Assembly: GCA_013239625.1 (NCBI GenBank)
Contig: MU054001.1
Span: forward strand, 995,884 to 1,059,883
DNA: 64,000 nt
Origin: Lama guanicoe
Taxonomy: Eukaryota
Reading direction: 5' to 3'
Shown: one piece after another, positions 12,901 through 25,754 of the stretch
Layout: each line of letters starts with the position of its first letter
How positions within the stretch are numbered: the first letter of the stretch is position 1
The notes under the pieces: model-generated
What the model was told of the DNA's origin: nothing
Seen by the model: only the letters and a program-made list of their open reading frames with translations
Databases searched by the model: none
Translations under genes and position numbers: made by a program

Positions 12901-13569
12901 GGTAACCCCAGGTTGGGATGCTGGAGGGGTGCTGCTGTGAGTGGAGGTGGTCTAGGCAGTGGGAACAGCACGTGCAAAGGTCACACAACAAGACGGGGCA
13001 GATGGCTTGGACTTACACAATAAGAACAAAATGATGGGGACAGGGTAGCAGAGAACTTCCATCTCAGCAGCCTCAGTTTCTCCTCAAAGTTTAAACATCA
13101 GGGTCCAAACAGTGGGTGGGCACCCAAGGGTAGGGAATGGAGGGGCACACCACCATGGGCTTGTGGATTTAAGACTTCACTGCAGAGCCAAGTTAAAGAA
13201 GGGGGAGAGGGAGGGGAAGAAGACGATGGACAGGAGGGAGAGGGAGGAGGAAGAGGACTAGAAAAGCAAATTGGGTTATTCGGTACAGTCAGTCCTGACA
13301 AAGGTTGGAACAGAAATATCTGGAACTATCTGGAAGGTGGCGATCTATCCAATTTCTCATCCTGCTAGATCTGCCCTGGGGCAAAACACCCACCAATAGC
13401 CTCTGGTTTGAGTTAATCCCATGGTGGGGGGAGGCGCGGAGAGCACTGCAAACAAACATGCATCACATTACCCAGTTTAGGGCTAAACTAAAATTCTTGC
13501 TTCTAACCATCCACTGCTAAGCAGTTTTATTTATTAAAAGATAAAAGTAAAATCCACTAACTTGACTTC

Positions 13570-13800
13570 TATTGATAACTTAAATTTCCTCATCGTTTTT
13601 CATGGGTCAGGCACCCTGCCACAAACTTCAGCCTCGTTTAATCCTCATGAAACAGAAAGTGCGTATGATTATTATACCCATTTTATAGATGAGGAAACTG
13701 AAGCTCCAAGAAGCAACTTTAGGCAAAGTGACACACACCGCTGAGAAACGTGGATCCGGAATTTACACCCAGGTAGGCTGGCTCCAACTCCAGCATCCTT
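13570..13800 (-). mobile_element. MIR SINE
   Basis: tttaatcctcatga...cccattttatagatgaggaaactgaagct...tttacacccagg. Confidence 0.85.
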
Positions 13801-14049
13801 TCCTTGAAAAATTGCACCCTTTTCCCTTTCTCCTGGGAGAGAGGAAATAAAGGAGATTCTACTTCCGTCCCATCACACTCAGCTCAGATGCCCACTATGG
13901 TCTGGATGGAGCAACGCGGTTTGCCCAGAGACACGGCAAGGGGCCCGTTTCTGAGCCCCCGTGGGGTGAGCATCACCCAGGTTATAAGATGGAAGGACCG
14001 CTCTGTGCCCCACGGCTCGGCGCAGGGTGGCCCTGCTCTCTTTACAGAA

Positions 14050-14550
14050 AACATCTCAGTTAAATATGCAAGCGTGCTTAATTGCAGGGGCTCAGGCAAC
14101 TTGTTTATCTTCCTTAAACACTGCCAGGGTGGCTCCCGTTTGTTATCTGGGGTGTGAAATGGAGGCTGACAACAATTAATACCTCCTCCTGGGCAGCTCG
14201 GCGGCGCTCTGACGGGAAGCTGAGTGCTTCCGAGCAGGCCCGTGGTGGAGGCGGCGGGCCGAGCCGTCACTCAGCATCCGAGGGGGGAGAGTGACAGCGG
14301 CAGCTGACGGCCCCTCCCGCGGCCTCCGGAGAGGCCCCCATGATAAAGCGTCCTGCTTTGTGGTGTAATCAACTTGCTATACATGCATTACCTCCTAATG
14401 AGCGCCGTGTTTAAACAAGTGTATAGAACACATCTGTCCGGGCCTTGAGACTCGAGGCTGTGTGACCAATTTTAGCATCTGAAAGTTAAATTAATGGTAA
14501 AGGGTTTAATTGTGAGTAAACAATGCCGCATTAAGGAGCAGTAAACACAG
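14050..14550. promoter_or_regulatory. Candidate developmental enhancer with CpG-rich core
   Basis: No repeat recognised; FOX, SOX, GATA, RUNX and TAAT motifs; CpG cluster at 14190-14340. Function is inferred. Confidence 0.45.
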
Positions 14551-15749
14551 CAGTGGGGACCCAGCGACTGGCTCTGGCATCACAGATGTGGCCGCCTCCG
14601 TGTGACCGTTAACAGTCTCCCCCCCCCCCGCCCGGACTTTCTGACAGTGTCTCGAAGCCCATTTGTCATCTAAATGGTCCATCCCCTTCTCAAACATAAT
14701 TTTGGCCCATGGTCCGTTCACGGGGCCGCGGGGTCTGTGTTCTTTGGAAGGTGGGCGAAAAAATCCCGAGGCAAGTGGGGAGGGTCTGGAGAAGATCCAG
14801 CTTCTACGATGAGGCGTAGGGTGGGACGGGAGGGGGACAGAGGCCCCCCTTATTTCCAGGCAATCAGCGTCAGTCCGTAGCGGTGAGGCTGCCTTAGACT
14901 CCAGGCTTCAATGGCATTGATTCCAAACCTGGTTTTAAAACACCCTAGGGTGTCTCCAGTGAACAAAGGATGCCTCGAAAGCAAATTAAGTTCCCTTTAA
15001 TTAAAGATCATAACGCACGCCACAGAACATTCCGTCACGGTAGGGGCAAGGAAGAGGCTGTCGCATAAAATAAAAGGGCTCCATGACTCAAAAAAACTGA
15101 GCATTACACAGCAAGGGTTCTGTGCCTTTCCCGTGCGGTGACAGCTGGCATCGCCGCCACCTTGGTAACTGGGTCTGGCCATCCATGGGTGCGGCAGCGC
15201 GGACGGGCTCGCCCCATCGGAGCATACTGAGAGTGAAGGCTTGGCTTCAGGAAGGAGATGGACACTGGTTTGGTCCTCTTCGTCTTTCTCTCTATCACCT
15301 GCAACCTGGTCAGGTGGGAGATGTCTCAGGGGACCAGGCCCTGGGAAGGGGTAATTCTGAGGATGCCAAGGGCTCAGGATGATGCTCTCCTGAGGGGCAT
15401 GGCATCTCTCTGCACCTTTAACTGTCCACACCTGGGAAGGCCTGCAGCCAGTAACTCAGCCAATGAGAACTTCCCTTTCCTTTGCCCTCCCTGCAACTTG
15501 AACAAAAGAGTGTGCCGGGCAGCCCAGCCCTCCTTGGAAAGACACCCCATCGGGGATCGGCAGGCCTGAAGCCTCAGCTGTGAAGAGGGGCCCTTGGTTT
15601 CCTCTCCCGTGTGTCTCTCTAGGACCTTCCAGGAAGGGGGCTGATAGTGGCCAAGATCCAGTGTCAAAGGCATTAGGCTTCTCTCTCTCTTCCTTTAAAT
15701 GTAGAGGTGTGTGGTTTCAAAGACAAAATAGTCCTGTGGTTGCACACCC

Positions 15750-15920
15750 AGACTCCAGGGCCAGTCAAATCCTGGCTCTGCTGCTTTCACCTCTTTGTGA
15801 GCCTCAATGTCTTCATCTGTGAAATGGGCTGTTGAGGGGATTGAATCCTTTTGTACACATAGAGGGCTTCCAACAGTCTGTGGCACAGAGTAAGTGCTCA
15901 GTAAATGTCAGACGCTATTG
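15750..15920 (+). mobile_element. MIR SINE
   Basis: tcaaatcctggctctg...gcctcaatgtcttcatctgtgaaatggg...ggcacagagtaagtgctcagtaaatg. Confidence 0.8.
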
Positions 15921-18190
15921 TGATGGGTGTGTGACGGGTACCCCTTTTAATGAGACTTAATCTAGCTGACAGGCAGGAAGAGCTCGAGGAAAAGCAGGCC
16001 CACCGTCATGTCTGGGTCACCCTGAGCCACTAGGCTCCTAGTTGGCCGGGGTGCAGGCGCACTAAGCCTGCTTCTCTGCACTGCCTGGTCCACCCTTCTC
16101 TGCACCGAGGACCCACAGCAGCCCTGACCCTCTGGCCAGCAGCTGTGGATGTGAGGGCACCATCCCTGCCTAACAGTCCACACTGGTCAGGTCTCCAGCG
16201 CTCAGTTCCCAAGAACTGGTAAGTAACATCTCACCTCCTAAAACTAGCTCCGAGTCCTACCTAGCTCCAAGTTGTGTCCAAATTTCTTGGAAAGCTTTCC
16301 AACATGTTGACTTCTTTTCTATGTTCTGAATACAGGTAACCTCATGTTTCTATTTCTGATGCCCCTCTTGCTAAGGACTTTTTTGTCCTTTTTTAACCCT
16401 CACTGGCTTTCTATATTTGGGCTGGGCAGATCTGTGTACCTCCTGGAGACCCCAGAAATTCTAAACATGAGCGGTGAGAGTTCACTGAATGGGGGCGCTA
16501 GGGGACCGGCCTGCAGTGGCTTTGAGAGCAACAGATGGTGGAGGAGGAGGGAAGGGCAGAGGGAGGGGGTGGGGGGTAGGGTGGAAGATTTCTGCTGAAA
16601 CCCTCTTCCCCCATTCTCCACTCCTGCTCCAGGCCACCCTTTTGGTGCCAATCTACAGAAGCTCTGGTGTCTTCAAAAGAGGTCCAAGAAATTATTGCCT
16701 TGCTTTGCTGTAGAAATAATGGATTTCTGTTGCCACTGAAACAATGTTGCCAAGTTTTTGCTATTGTCTCTCGATTTGAAATTATTCCTAGTTCAACAGG
16801 TGCCCCCTCTTGTCCCATCTCTGACAACCAAGCCCCTGGTGTGAGGGATGGAGATTAACCAGGTTGAGATGCCCCATGTGTGATGGAGGAGGCCTTCAGT
16901 GTTTCCAGGTAGCCAGAACCAGAGCGCATCACCCACCTGCAACCTGGCACGCTGTCTGCTCCTGCCAGTTCCAGCCTAGTCACCCAGAGAAGGTAGAATT
17001 AGTGCAACCTGGGGTTTCAGCAATAGCTTGTAGGCATGCAAAAGATGTTCGTAGCCCCTGAGAAATGGGAGGAAATTTGGAAACCCTCTCCTTCAATGAT
17101 TTATCCCCCAAAACTTTTCTCTGCTGTGAAATTCTAACTTCAGATGAAATCTTCTGCAGAGATTAGGAGCAGAGCCCTAACCCCCAGACCTCAGTTCCCA
17201 CCGTGATGCACCTTGCAGCACATCTGCTGTGGTTTTCACCACCGAAGAGGGCTGAGAATCACCACATCTTGTCTGATTCCATTTGCTGGTTGAGAAGACT
17301 GGGGCCCAGAGAGGTGCATAGACTAGTGGGAAATGAAACAGCAATCAGCGGACAGACGTCTCAAACCCACCTGCAGTGGCCCGGGGGTAAAATACACACC
17401 CACCCCAAACACCGTCGTCTTCATTGTTCTCTGCGGCCCAACCCAGTGTTGGTTGTCCCTCTCCCCCACCCAGACGTTTTGTCCAAGGGACACCCTGTGT
17501 ATCTCTAAAAGGGAAGTTCACTCATTTTCTGCCCCTCCCTTTTTTGGTTTTAAACGCTGGCCCCGGATGCAGCCATTCTAAGTAGGAAAGGAAAAAAACA
17601 TAACCCACTGAGGCAACAGATGCGGCTTTCCTCCCTCCTCTGTGACTCGAGTTTAGTTTGCCTTTCAAGCCCATTTTCACCACTTAGTGATTTTAGTTTT
17701 CTCCTGGTCTATGAATGACAGCTTGAATTAAGACAACACGGGCTGAGAAGCCACGAGGCAGTGCTAAATGATGTCCTCTGCTTCATGGTGAGACACCTCA
17801 CGACCGCGCAGTCTCCTGCCCACCCCCGGTCTCCCCAGGAGCTGGCGCGGGGTCCAGGGCGGTCGGGATGAAGGGAGAGCCGGAATGGCACCTCCCAGCC
17901 GCCAGCCGCACAGACTCTTTACCGACAGAGAAGTGGCTTCTTAAGGGCCGAGGCTGTGTTTTTAATAAACAGCAGCTCCAGAACAGCCGAAGATTCAACC
18001 CTGCCACCGCCTCCACCCAGCAGAAAAATAAACCTAAGTGTTCTAGTTGCTCCGGACTCAACAATTGCAGAAAGAAAACCCACCAAATCAGCCTTAAGTA
18101 ACTCAACTCTCCCGTCTTCCAAAGCTCTTCACCTCGGACAACCTTCAGACAGAAATGCCCTTTTATGACACCTTAAAAGTTACATTGATG

Positions 18191-18336
18191 TGGGGGAGAG
18201 TATAGCTCAAGTGGTAGGGCACATGCTTAGCATATACAGGGTCCTGGTTCAATTCCCAGTACCTCCTCTAAAAATTAAATAAATAAGTAAATCTAATTAC
18301 CCCCTAAATTTTTTTAAAATAAATAAGACATTTTTC
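18191..18336 (+). mobile_element. tRNA-Ala-derived SINE (vic-1-like)
   Basis: gggggagagtatagctcaagtggtagggcacatgcttagcat...gtcctggttcaattcccagtacctcc; tail taaatctaattaccccc; TSD aaaagttacattgatg (18175-18190) / agaagttgcactgagg (18337-18352). Confidence 0.88.
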
Positions 18337-18352
18337 AGAAGTTGCACTGAGG

Positions 18353-18790
18353 ATATATCCTAAATCTCAATCTGTACGTAAAATTTTTTAAAAAAACTTA
18401 ACACACACCCTTTGATTCAGAAACTGTATTTTTGTCAGTGCATCTTAAGAACATAACCAGGTCAGTGAATAATGTTCACAGAAGGACATGAATCGCAGCG
18501 CTGGTCGTAATAGAAGTGGACAAAATCTAAAGATGTGGCAAGAGGGAATTGGTAAATAGCTTTTGGTAAATCTGTTCAACTAAATACTCTGCAGTCATTT
18601 AAAATGAGGATGCTGAACAATATTTATTTACCCGCAGAGATGTTATCAATACATATTGCTAAGCAGGTAAGAAAGTTAAGAAGCCACATGTATAGCCCAA
18701 TTCTTGAAAAGCAAAACAAAACAAAATCTTCATGGAACTCTTCTTACTGTTATTTGCATAGAAAAAAAGAAAGAAAGAAAGAAAATTGAG
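18353..18790 (+). mobile_element. Old L1M (L1ME-like) 3' fragment
   Basis: acaccctttgattcag...agggaattggtaaata...aaatactctgcagtcatttaaaa...atattgctaag. Confidence 0.55.
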
Positions 18791-19339
18791 GTAAGCCAAA
18801 ACATTAAGCTTTGAGGAGGTTTTAATTCCCTCCTGATTTCTGAATTTATTCATTCATAATCGGGGGGTGGGGGAAATGAAGCAAGGTTCCTGTGGGCAGC
18901 AGACTTGCACGGGCCGAAGGATGGCCTCAAATCGTGCTCCCAGCTTTCTGATGTCCCCCGAAGACAGCTCCTGCCATGTCATATGTGGAGCTCAAACAGC
19001 ACCAGCACAACAAACACAGGCCACTTCGCATTTTCTCGTATCTTCCCACAGCCAGCAGGAGGCACTGCATGGGTTAGAGTTAGGAAAGCCCCTTCTCACA
19101 GTCATTTCGGAACGCAAGAAGTTGGAATCTTTTCTCTTGACCAAATCGGCAGAGAAGACAGAGGCTGAGAGAGAGAGGGAGGCCGAGAGGCTGACTGAGT
19201 CTAACTCAACATCAGGACCAGGAGCAAAGTTCATCTCAGTGGCTTCACTGTATCCCCAAAGCCAGAGATCCAAGCTCCTGAGTGAGGATCAGACTGATAG
19301 AAGACCTCTCCCATCAAAAAAGCTCCCAAGAAGATATTT

Positions 19340-19490
19340 CTAACTCGCTCTGGGGTCATGGACAAATTTGGGACTCTGATGGAAACTATAATCCTCTCCC
19401 AGAGAAAGACGAGTGAATTGAATTTTGCACACAGTTCAGGGGCTTTGGGGCCATCCATGGGCCTTCTGTGGGTGACCATGGGTCAGGAAG
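19340..19490. mobile_element. hAT-Charlie-type MER MITE
   Basis: ggggtcatggac...tctgatggaaactat...cctctcccagag...aattttgcacacagttcagggg...ccatccatgg resembles recalled hAT MER consensus. Confidence 0.5.
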
Positions 19491-21410
19491 TCATGAGAAG
19501 GCTCTAATCCATGGGGACCTGTCTTATTTTTCACTCAGCACCAATCTCCCGTTTTGCTAAATGCTCACCCACACGCTTCGCATCCACCACCAAGTTCCAG
19601 CCTCCTTAAAGGCAGGGCATGGGGACTCCCTGGAGCAGGCCAGATGAAGGCCAAGAGGGGGAGGGGGAGATGACGGGGAGGCTGGGAGCAGAGGAGTGGA
19701 GGTGGCTGAGCCCACCCCCACTCCCCCAGCACAACACCTTCTGCTCTGACACCGAGGGTGCCATCTCATCACTCCACAGCTGCCTGGAGGGACTCCCTCA
19801 CAAGCAAGAGCATCTTCTGTGTTTTGCAAGGGTGTTAAAGAGGGCAATTAAAGGGTCCCACAAGTCAGACCTCACGCACGATCCTTCCAGATTGGAGGCC
19901 CTGCCTTTCTGGGGCCAGCAACAAAAGGTGTTAATAGCCTGATGAGGAGCTCGTGCTGATAGATGGCCCATTATGGTGATCGCTCTTGTGCGAATGGCAA
20001 ATAGGTTTGATCAATTAGATTTTAATGTAAAGTGGGGCCTGGGGGAGAAAAACAGCAACCGAGAGAGGGAAGACCCTTTGTTACTAATGTGTCTGAAAAA
20101 AGCACTTAATTGAGGTCATAATAATATTAGCAGTTCTCATCATCAATAATTCAGCCTTATTTATTACTAGCCGATAAAGTCCTGTCAGGTAGGGAATATA
20201 GGGGGCTTTTGTTAAAGACAGGATCCATGGGATTTCCTCTCCCTCTCTTTCTCACCAGCCACAGCCCCTGGACCACAGAACATCTAACTCAAGATCCTCT
20301 ACATAAAAATGGATGACGGGAAGATAGAAGTTTGCCGTGAGGTACAAGTTAACCCCGCTCCTGTATTCCCCTACTCCAAACAAACAAAAAAACATTTACA
20401 ACCTTTTTTCTGAAACAGTCGCCAACTAATTTTGCTGAAGAAATCTGTCAGGAGAAAAACAAATCCTAGTCTCGCCTGATTTAGGGCCCTGAAGGATGAC
20501 ATAAATTCTGCCTTTTCACACACTTTCAGTCACCTGTGGTTTGTTATCTTTGAGAGCAAAAAAAAGAGAAAGCAAGGGAGAGCGGGTGCTAAATGAATGT
20601 ATAATTGTACGATTAAAGATGCGAGCACCAGTGTTCAAATTTAAAATGTATTAGTCTCATAAAACCGCCTCATTAGTCTCCGTGTCTTAAAGGACATACT
20701 CGTCCATAATGAGGCAAACGCAGGAAATGGCACAGGGGTGAGAGCAAGGGGAAGGAGGAGATATTTGAGCTGGTTGCCATTTCATTTTTCAGAAGAGGGG
20801 GAGGAAAAAACACTTAATAAAGATAATTGGGCTGGTCATGCCTGTTCCCATCTGGAATCGCAACACAGACAGACCCCAGGGCAGACGATCGGTCATTAAC
20901 CAGGAAAATAACCTATTTGGAAAGGGATCCGTTTGTTTTATAAATGATGCTCCACTTTAGAACAGCTTAACCGCAATCATAATAAAAGTTCCTCGAAAAC
21001 CCAGCCAGGGGACGGGGCTGAAATATCGATCCGGCTTCTGCTGATAGTGGCTGGACCTGGCTTCCGCCTGGCTGGCAGGAAACAGCTTTTGAAGTTCTGC
21101 TTTTCTCTCTTTCTTTTTTTTTTTTTTTCCCCAAGTCTAAATAGAATTTAAACTGCCCTTCGGTGATCAGTGGCTATTAGCGGCCTTGGTTAGGAAATAC
21201 CGAGTGGCGGGGTCAGAAAAGGTGGCCCAGGTTGAGGATGGAAGGGGGTGAGGAGGCCCCGAGCGGAGGGGAAGGGAGGTCAGCTCTGAGCTCAGTAAGT
21301 GGGAAACGGATTGCTGCAGTGGGGCCGTCCTGGTCTGCCAGGCAGCCCAGGGACAAGGACTTGGAAGGATTAATTCGTCCCAAGCCCCAGCCTGGCCATT
21401 GTGCTATCCC

Positions 21411-21417
21411 CAACACA

Positions 21418-21459
<42 letters not shown>

Positions 21460-21498
21460 GCAGAGGCAGTCAGAAAAGTCATTCATTGAGGCCGAATT

Positions 21499-21548
<50 letters not shown>

Positions 21549-21589
21549 CAGAGGCAGTCAGAAAAGTCATTCATTGAGGCCGAATTGGA
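21411..21589. repeat. Two (CA)n tracts, each followed by an identical 43-bp unit
   Basis: ggcagaggcagtcagaaaagtcattcattgaggccgaattgga at 21459-21501 and 21547-21589. Confidence 0.97.
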
Positions 21590-21861
21590 ATTGTATAGAT
21601 CAAGGCGGTGAGGAGAAGCCCGGTGGGGCCCTGATGGAGCAGACAAGGGGGAGCAATGACTATAATTAGAAGTCAGGTTTCAGTGGCAAAGCTCCCCTGA
21701 TCCACCTATTTCCAAGGAAGGCTGCTTAGCTGCTTAGGAGGGCGTGTGAAAGTGGGGTCTTCTGAGACAAAGGAAAACGGAGAGGTGGGGATGGGACCTC
21801 CATGCAACCTGCCTTCTAAGGATAAGGAGGGATCTGGGCTCTGAAGGCTCCAAGTCTACAC

Positions 21862-22126
21862 CAGGGATTCTCCATCGGGGCGATTTTACCCCCTGCCCCC
21901 TCCTCCTGCCAACCACTGCAGGGGACATTTGGCAATGTCAGGGGACTTTTAGGGCCGTGACAGTGGGGGTGCGGGGCAAGGGGCTGTTGACATCCATGGT
22001 GTAGGGGCCAGGGAAGATACTGAACATCCCAGAGTGTACAGGACAGCCTCCCCACCACCCCCCACCCACCCACACGGCAGAATCATCGAGCCGCAATGTC
22101 AACAGTGCCAAGACTGAGAAGCTCTC
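21862..22126 (+). mobile_element. MER20 (hAT-Charlie) DNA transposon
   Basis: ggggcgattttacccc...ggggacatttggcaatgtc...gccagggaagatactgaacatcc...caggacagcc...aatgtcaacagtgccaagactgagaag. Confidence 0.9.
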
Positions 22127-25100
22127 TCTGACTCACACCCCACCCCCTATCTACTCAGAGCTCACTCACTGAAAAAAAAAATCTGACTCTCCAGTTCACT
22201 CTGGTCCCCATAACGCCAGCCTCTGCCCTCACACCCGACTCCCTCCGTTTCCCTTCAGTTTCACCGGTTAACGTGTTCCAGAACAAAACGTCTTCCTTTA
22301 GAGGATCTCAGGAACAGAGTTCCAGACATCACTGCCTTAAGGTGTTGGTCTCAGCCTGGCAGCTGAAGTTCTAAAGAGGGAGAAGATTCATCTGTGACAC
22401 GGGACCCACGTGCTCTCCATCTCATGACATGATGTCCTCCACAAGGTCACATCTTGATGGCACCGTCTGTAAAATGGGTATAATAATGGTGCTGCCTCCT
22501 AGGATTGTGAGGAGGAAATGAGAAAATGTTTAGCCCAGCACCAGGCTTGTATTAGGTGCTCAAAAAGGAATAGAGGATGAGAGAGAAAAAGGGAAGGACA
22601 GAGAGAGAGAGAAGGGGGAGGGGGAAGAAGAGAGAGAAAGGAAGAGAGAGAGAGCATGTGTTGGCTTCCAACTGGTGTCAGGCACTGTACTGACAAAAAT
22701 CGCCACCACCACAAGAGCCCACCAGGTGTCCATCACCCATCAAGGGACAGCTGCCATTTTCTAATCATAAAGAATAAAGCTAATGCACAGAGCTCCATCA
22801 TCTGCAAAGCTGAAGTGTGTGTCTCAGCAAAGCCCCGTCCACCTTTCCCCTCTTTTCTCTACCTTGATTCTAGAAAGAGAAGGGGGAGGGTGGGGCATGG
22901 CCTTACCAAATTTCTCCCTGCATGCTCGACTGTTTCCTCCTGACAGCGTTTGACTGTGCTGATTATTTCCAGCAAAGCCCTTATCATTTTCAATGTGAAT
23001 TTCAAATCACACTGATCCAGCCCTTCTTAGCTAAAGTCAGCTTTATCAACCACAAGAGATGTGGGATTTGAGAGAGATCTGAGTAAATTCACATTGTTTG
23101 GATAAACTCATTCAGGGAGCTCAACAAATCAAAGCCGAAATGGATATGTATTCCAAAGAGACTGAGAACTGCTGGGGGAAAAAAGGGGAAAAAAAAGTTA
23201 CCATTAACATTTTTATTTCTTTAAAAAAAAAAAAAAACAACACACATAGCAGTCTCTTTTTAATGAGTGTGTTCACAACCTCTTTTTGAACCATTACCAG
23301 GGCTCCATAGGACACCAGGTGAAGTGATGGAAGCTGTGAGGCTTACTGACAAGAGAAGCAAGGTGGGAGGAAATTGCATCACCCACCCCTCCATCCCCCC
23401 CAACCTCTGTCAGTGAGACCACTATCAAATATGGTAATGGGTGAATATATGCATTATCCCATAATTTAAGGAACTGTGTGTATCATGTATATTTAAAACT
23501 ATTTCTCTGTAGTTTTAATTATCTCAGTCTGCAGGGGCAAAAAGAAAAAAAGCAGGCAGCTCCCTTGCCTAAGACCAAAATGAAAGCCGTTGCCTGCTGA
23601 CAGCTAAGATGTCTGTCCTAGCTGGTTGAGATTTCCTCTAAAATTTGCATTGGAAAGGCAGCTTTAAGTATACTTAAAATAAAAAAGGGGGCATTTGCAT
23701 CTAATTTGCTACACTTGCAGTATTAGAGTTTTATCTGAATAAAGACACGTCAACTGGATTTATATAGTTAAGCTGATAGCTGGGAAAGTCAACACCAAAA
23801 ACATCAGCTAAATTCAACAAAGTTGGAGAGCAGGCTAAGAGAATTTACAAGTTTGGGTTTGGTTTTTTTTCCCCTCTCCATCCACTGATGACTTTAAAAC
23901 TGCAGCAAATTATCTTTTTTTTACACAAGTCTGGCAATTACAAGGTTTTAATGAAAGGCATTTTTATAAATGGACCCCTTCCCTCTCCCCCACCACTACC
24001 CCCAAGGGTGCTTATTAAATGGGGGCGGTTCTAAAATGTGGTGTCACAGGGATCTTGGTGGCTCGTGACTTAGGCAAGTTCGAATCCTGACTCAGCCACT
24101 TACTGACTGTGTGATTTTGGGCCGATACATCCTTAGGCTCAGTTTCTTCATCTGTAAAATGGGGGTCGTGACTGCTGTTCTTCAGGGTCACTACCATTGG
24201 GCAGTCTCTGGACTGCACCCAGGTGCCCAACCAAGGGGATGGGTGGGGGCTGGATTCCAGCCCCTATCCACTTGGCCGCCAGGGATGGGGCTGGGCCACA
24301 TCCTCCCAGGAAGGAGCGTCTTCCCTAATTCAGGTGCTGAACGACCAAGCAGCCCCAGCCGACCTCACCGGGAGGTTACAAGCTTTAAAATGAAATAATG
24401 CAGGCAAAGCACTAGAGTGACGTCTGGTACCTAGTAAATGCCCTGATTTCATCATGATGGTGATGGTGGTGATGATGATGATGAGTCCACAATGAAATGT
24501 CACACCGCTGCTGGATTTCCTATTTCAGAGGAAGAGTTTCAGCCCTGTCTTCACCCACATCGAAGACGCCATCATCAAGACCTGCCTGTGGGGGCCAGGT
24601 TCTGGAGTGATAGGCCCCAGGTGATTGGTTCTCTCTGGCTCCCTAGACCCGCTGCCCAATCTCCGCACGAGAGTAGGCAGGGGTGCCCTGTTGCCTGTTA
24701 GATTTGGTGCCTTCCTCCTCAGCCGGCCGCGGCGGCGCAGTAAATCCCAGGCCTTCACACAGCCTCACGCAGCTGGGAGCAGATTCCTACAGCCTGAGAG
24801 GTCCCTTTGGGGACCACCTTTCTTTCCCTTCTCCCAGCTTTGAAGGAAGTGCCCACCCAGGAAGGAGGCACAATGCCCCCCTCTGTTGGCTTTCCCGCCT
24901 CACTATTCCCTGAGACACCCATTCAGTCACTGCCCCCAAAGCTAAGCAGTGGAGACCCCAGCTGCCCCTCCAAGGAAATGGATAGAGAGGAATTTCCACC
25001 ACGAAGCTCCAAGCTTACACCCACATCATGCGAGCCTCACCCCGTAACTCGTGTCTCCCCCTTGCCTCAGGCCAATTCTGGCTTCAAATCAGGGCTCTCT

Positions 25101-25754
25101 ACTACCATCTGGGTGCCCTGGTGCAAGTCACATTCCTGCTCTGAGCCTCAGTTTCCTCATCTGTAAAATGGGAGTAGAAAGAATACCCACTTGTCAAAGC
25201 TAAAAAAAAAAAGCAGCTGGCAGCAAACCACATAGAAGAGGACAAGATCACTCTCTTCTAGGCCCCAGCTACACAGAACAGGCACCTGCTGCCCAGCCCC
25301 AGACCAATGGCCAAAAGCCCTGACCACAGTTCACGGAGCTCAGAGCACCTCCGTCCATTTCAGGGGCAGTTCAGAGAGCCACTGCCCAATGGAGATGTCT
25401 GTGTTGATGGGAAGAAGCAAAGGGCCTCCCACCTACTCATGCTTGCCAAAGCCTGCCATCTGGGGGCACTGGCATGCTGCCTGCAGGTTTTAATGTTTCA
25501 GGAGAGAAAAGTGTTAGAAGACTTTCTGATCTCACAGAGCAAGAAGTGCAGGTCAAGAACGCAGGGGCCCCCCAGCTGGCAGCTTCATCGTGGCGTGCAG
25601 GATGACGTCACTGGACCAAGGATTCTGCTGTTTACAAACAACGAGCGGTGTGCTCCCACTACCACCTCCTTTACTTCGATAAGCCCAGGATCCTGGTCTC
25701 CCGAAGCTAGGGAATCACATCTAAGGACAGAGCATGGAGCGTCTTCCAGACAAC

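Noticed and set aside
21411..21589. CRISPR-like repeat-spacer pattern
   Set aside because: Only two units, the 'spacers' are (CA)n, the context is eukaryotic, and there are no cas genes.
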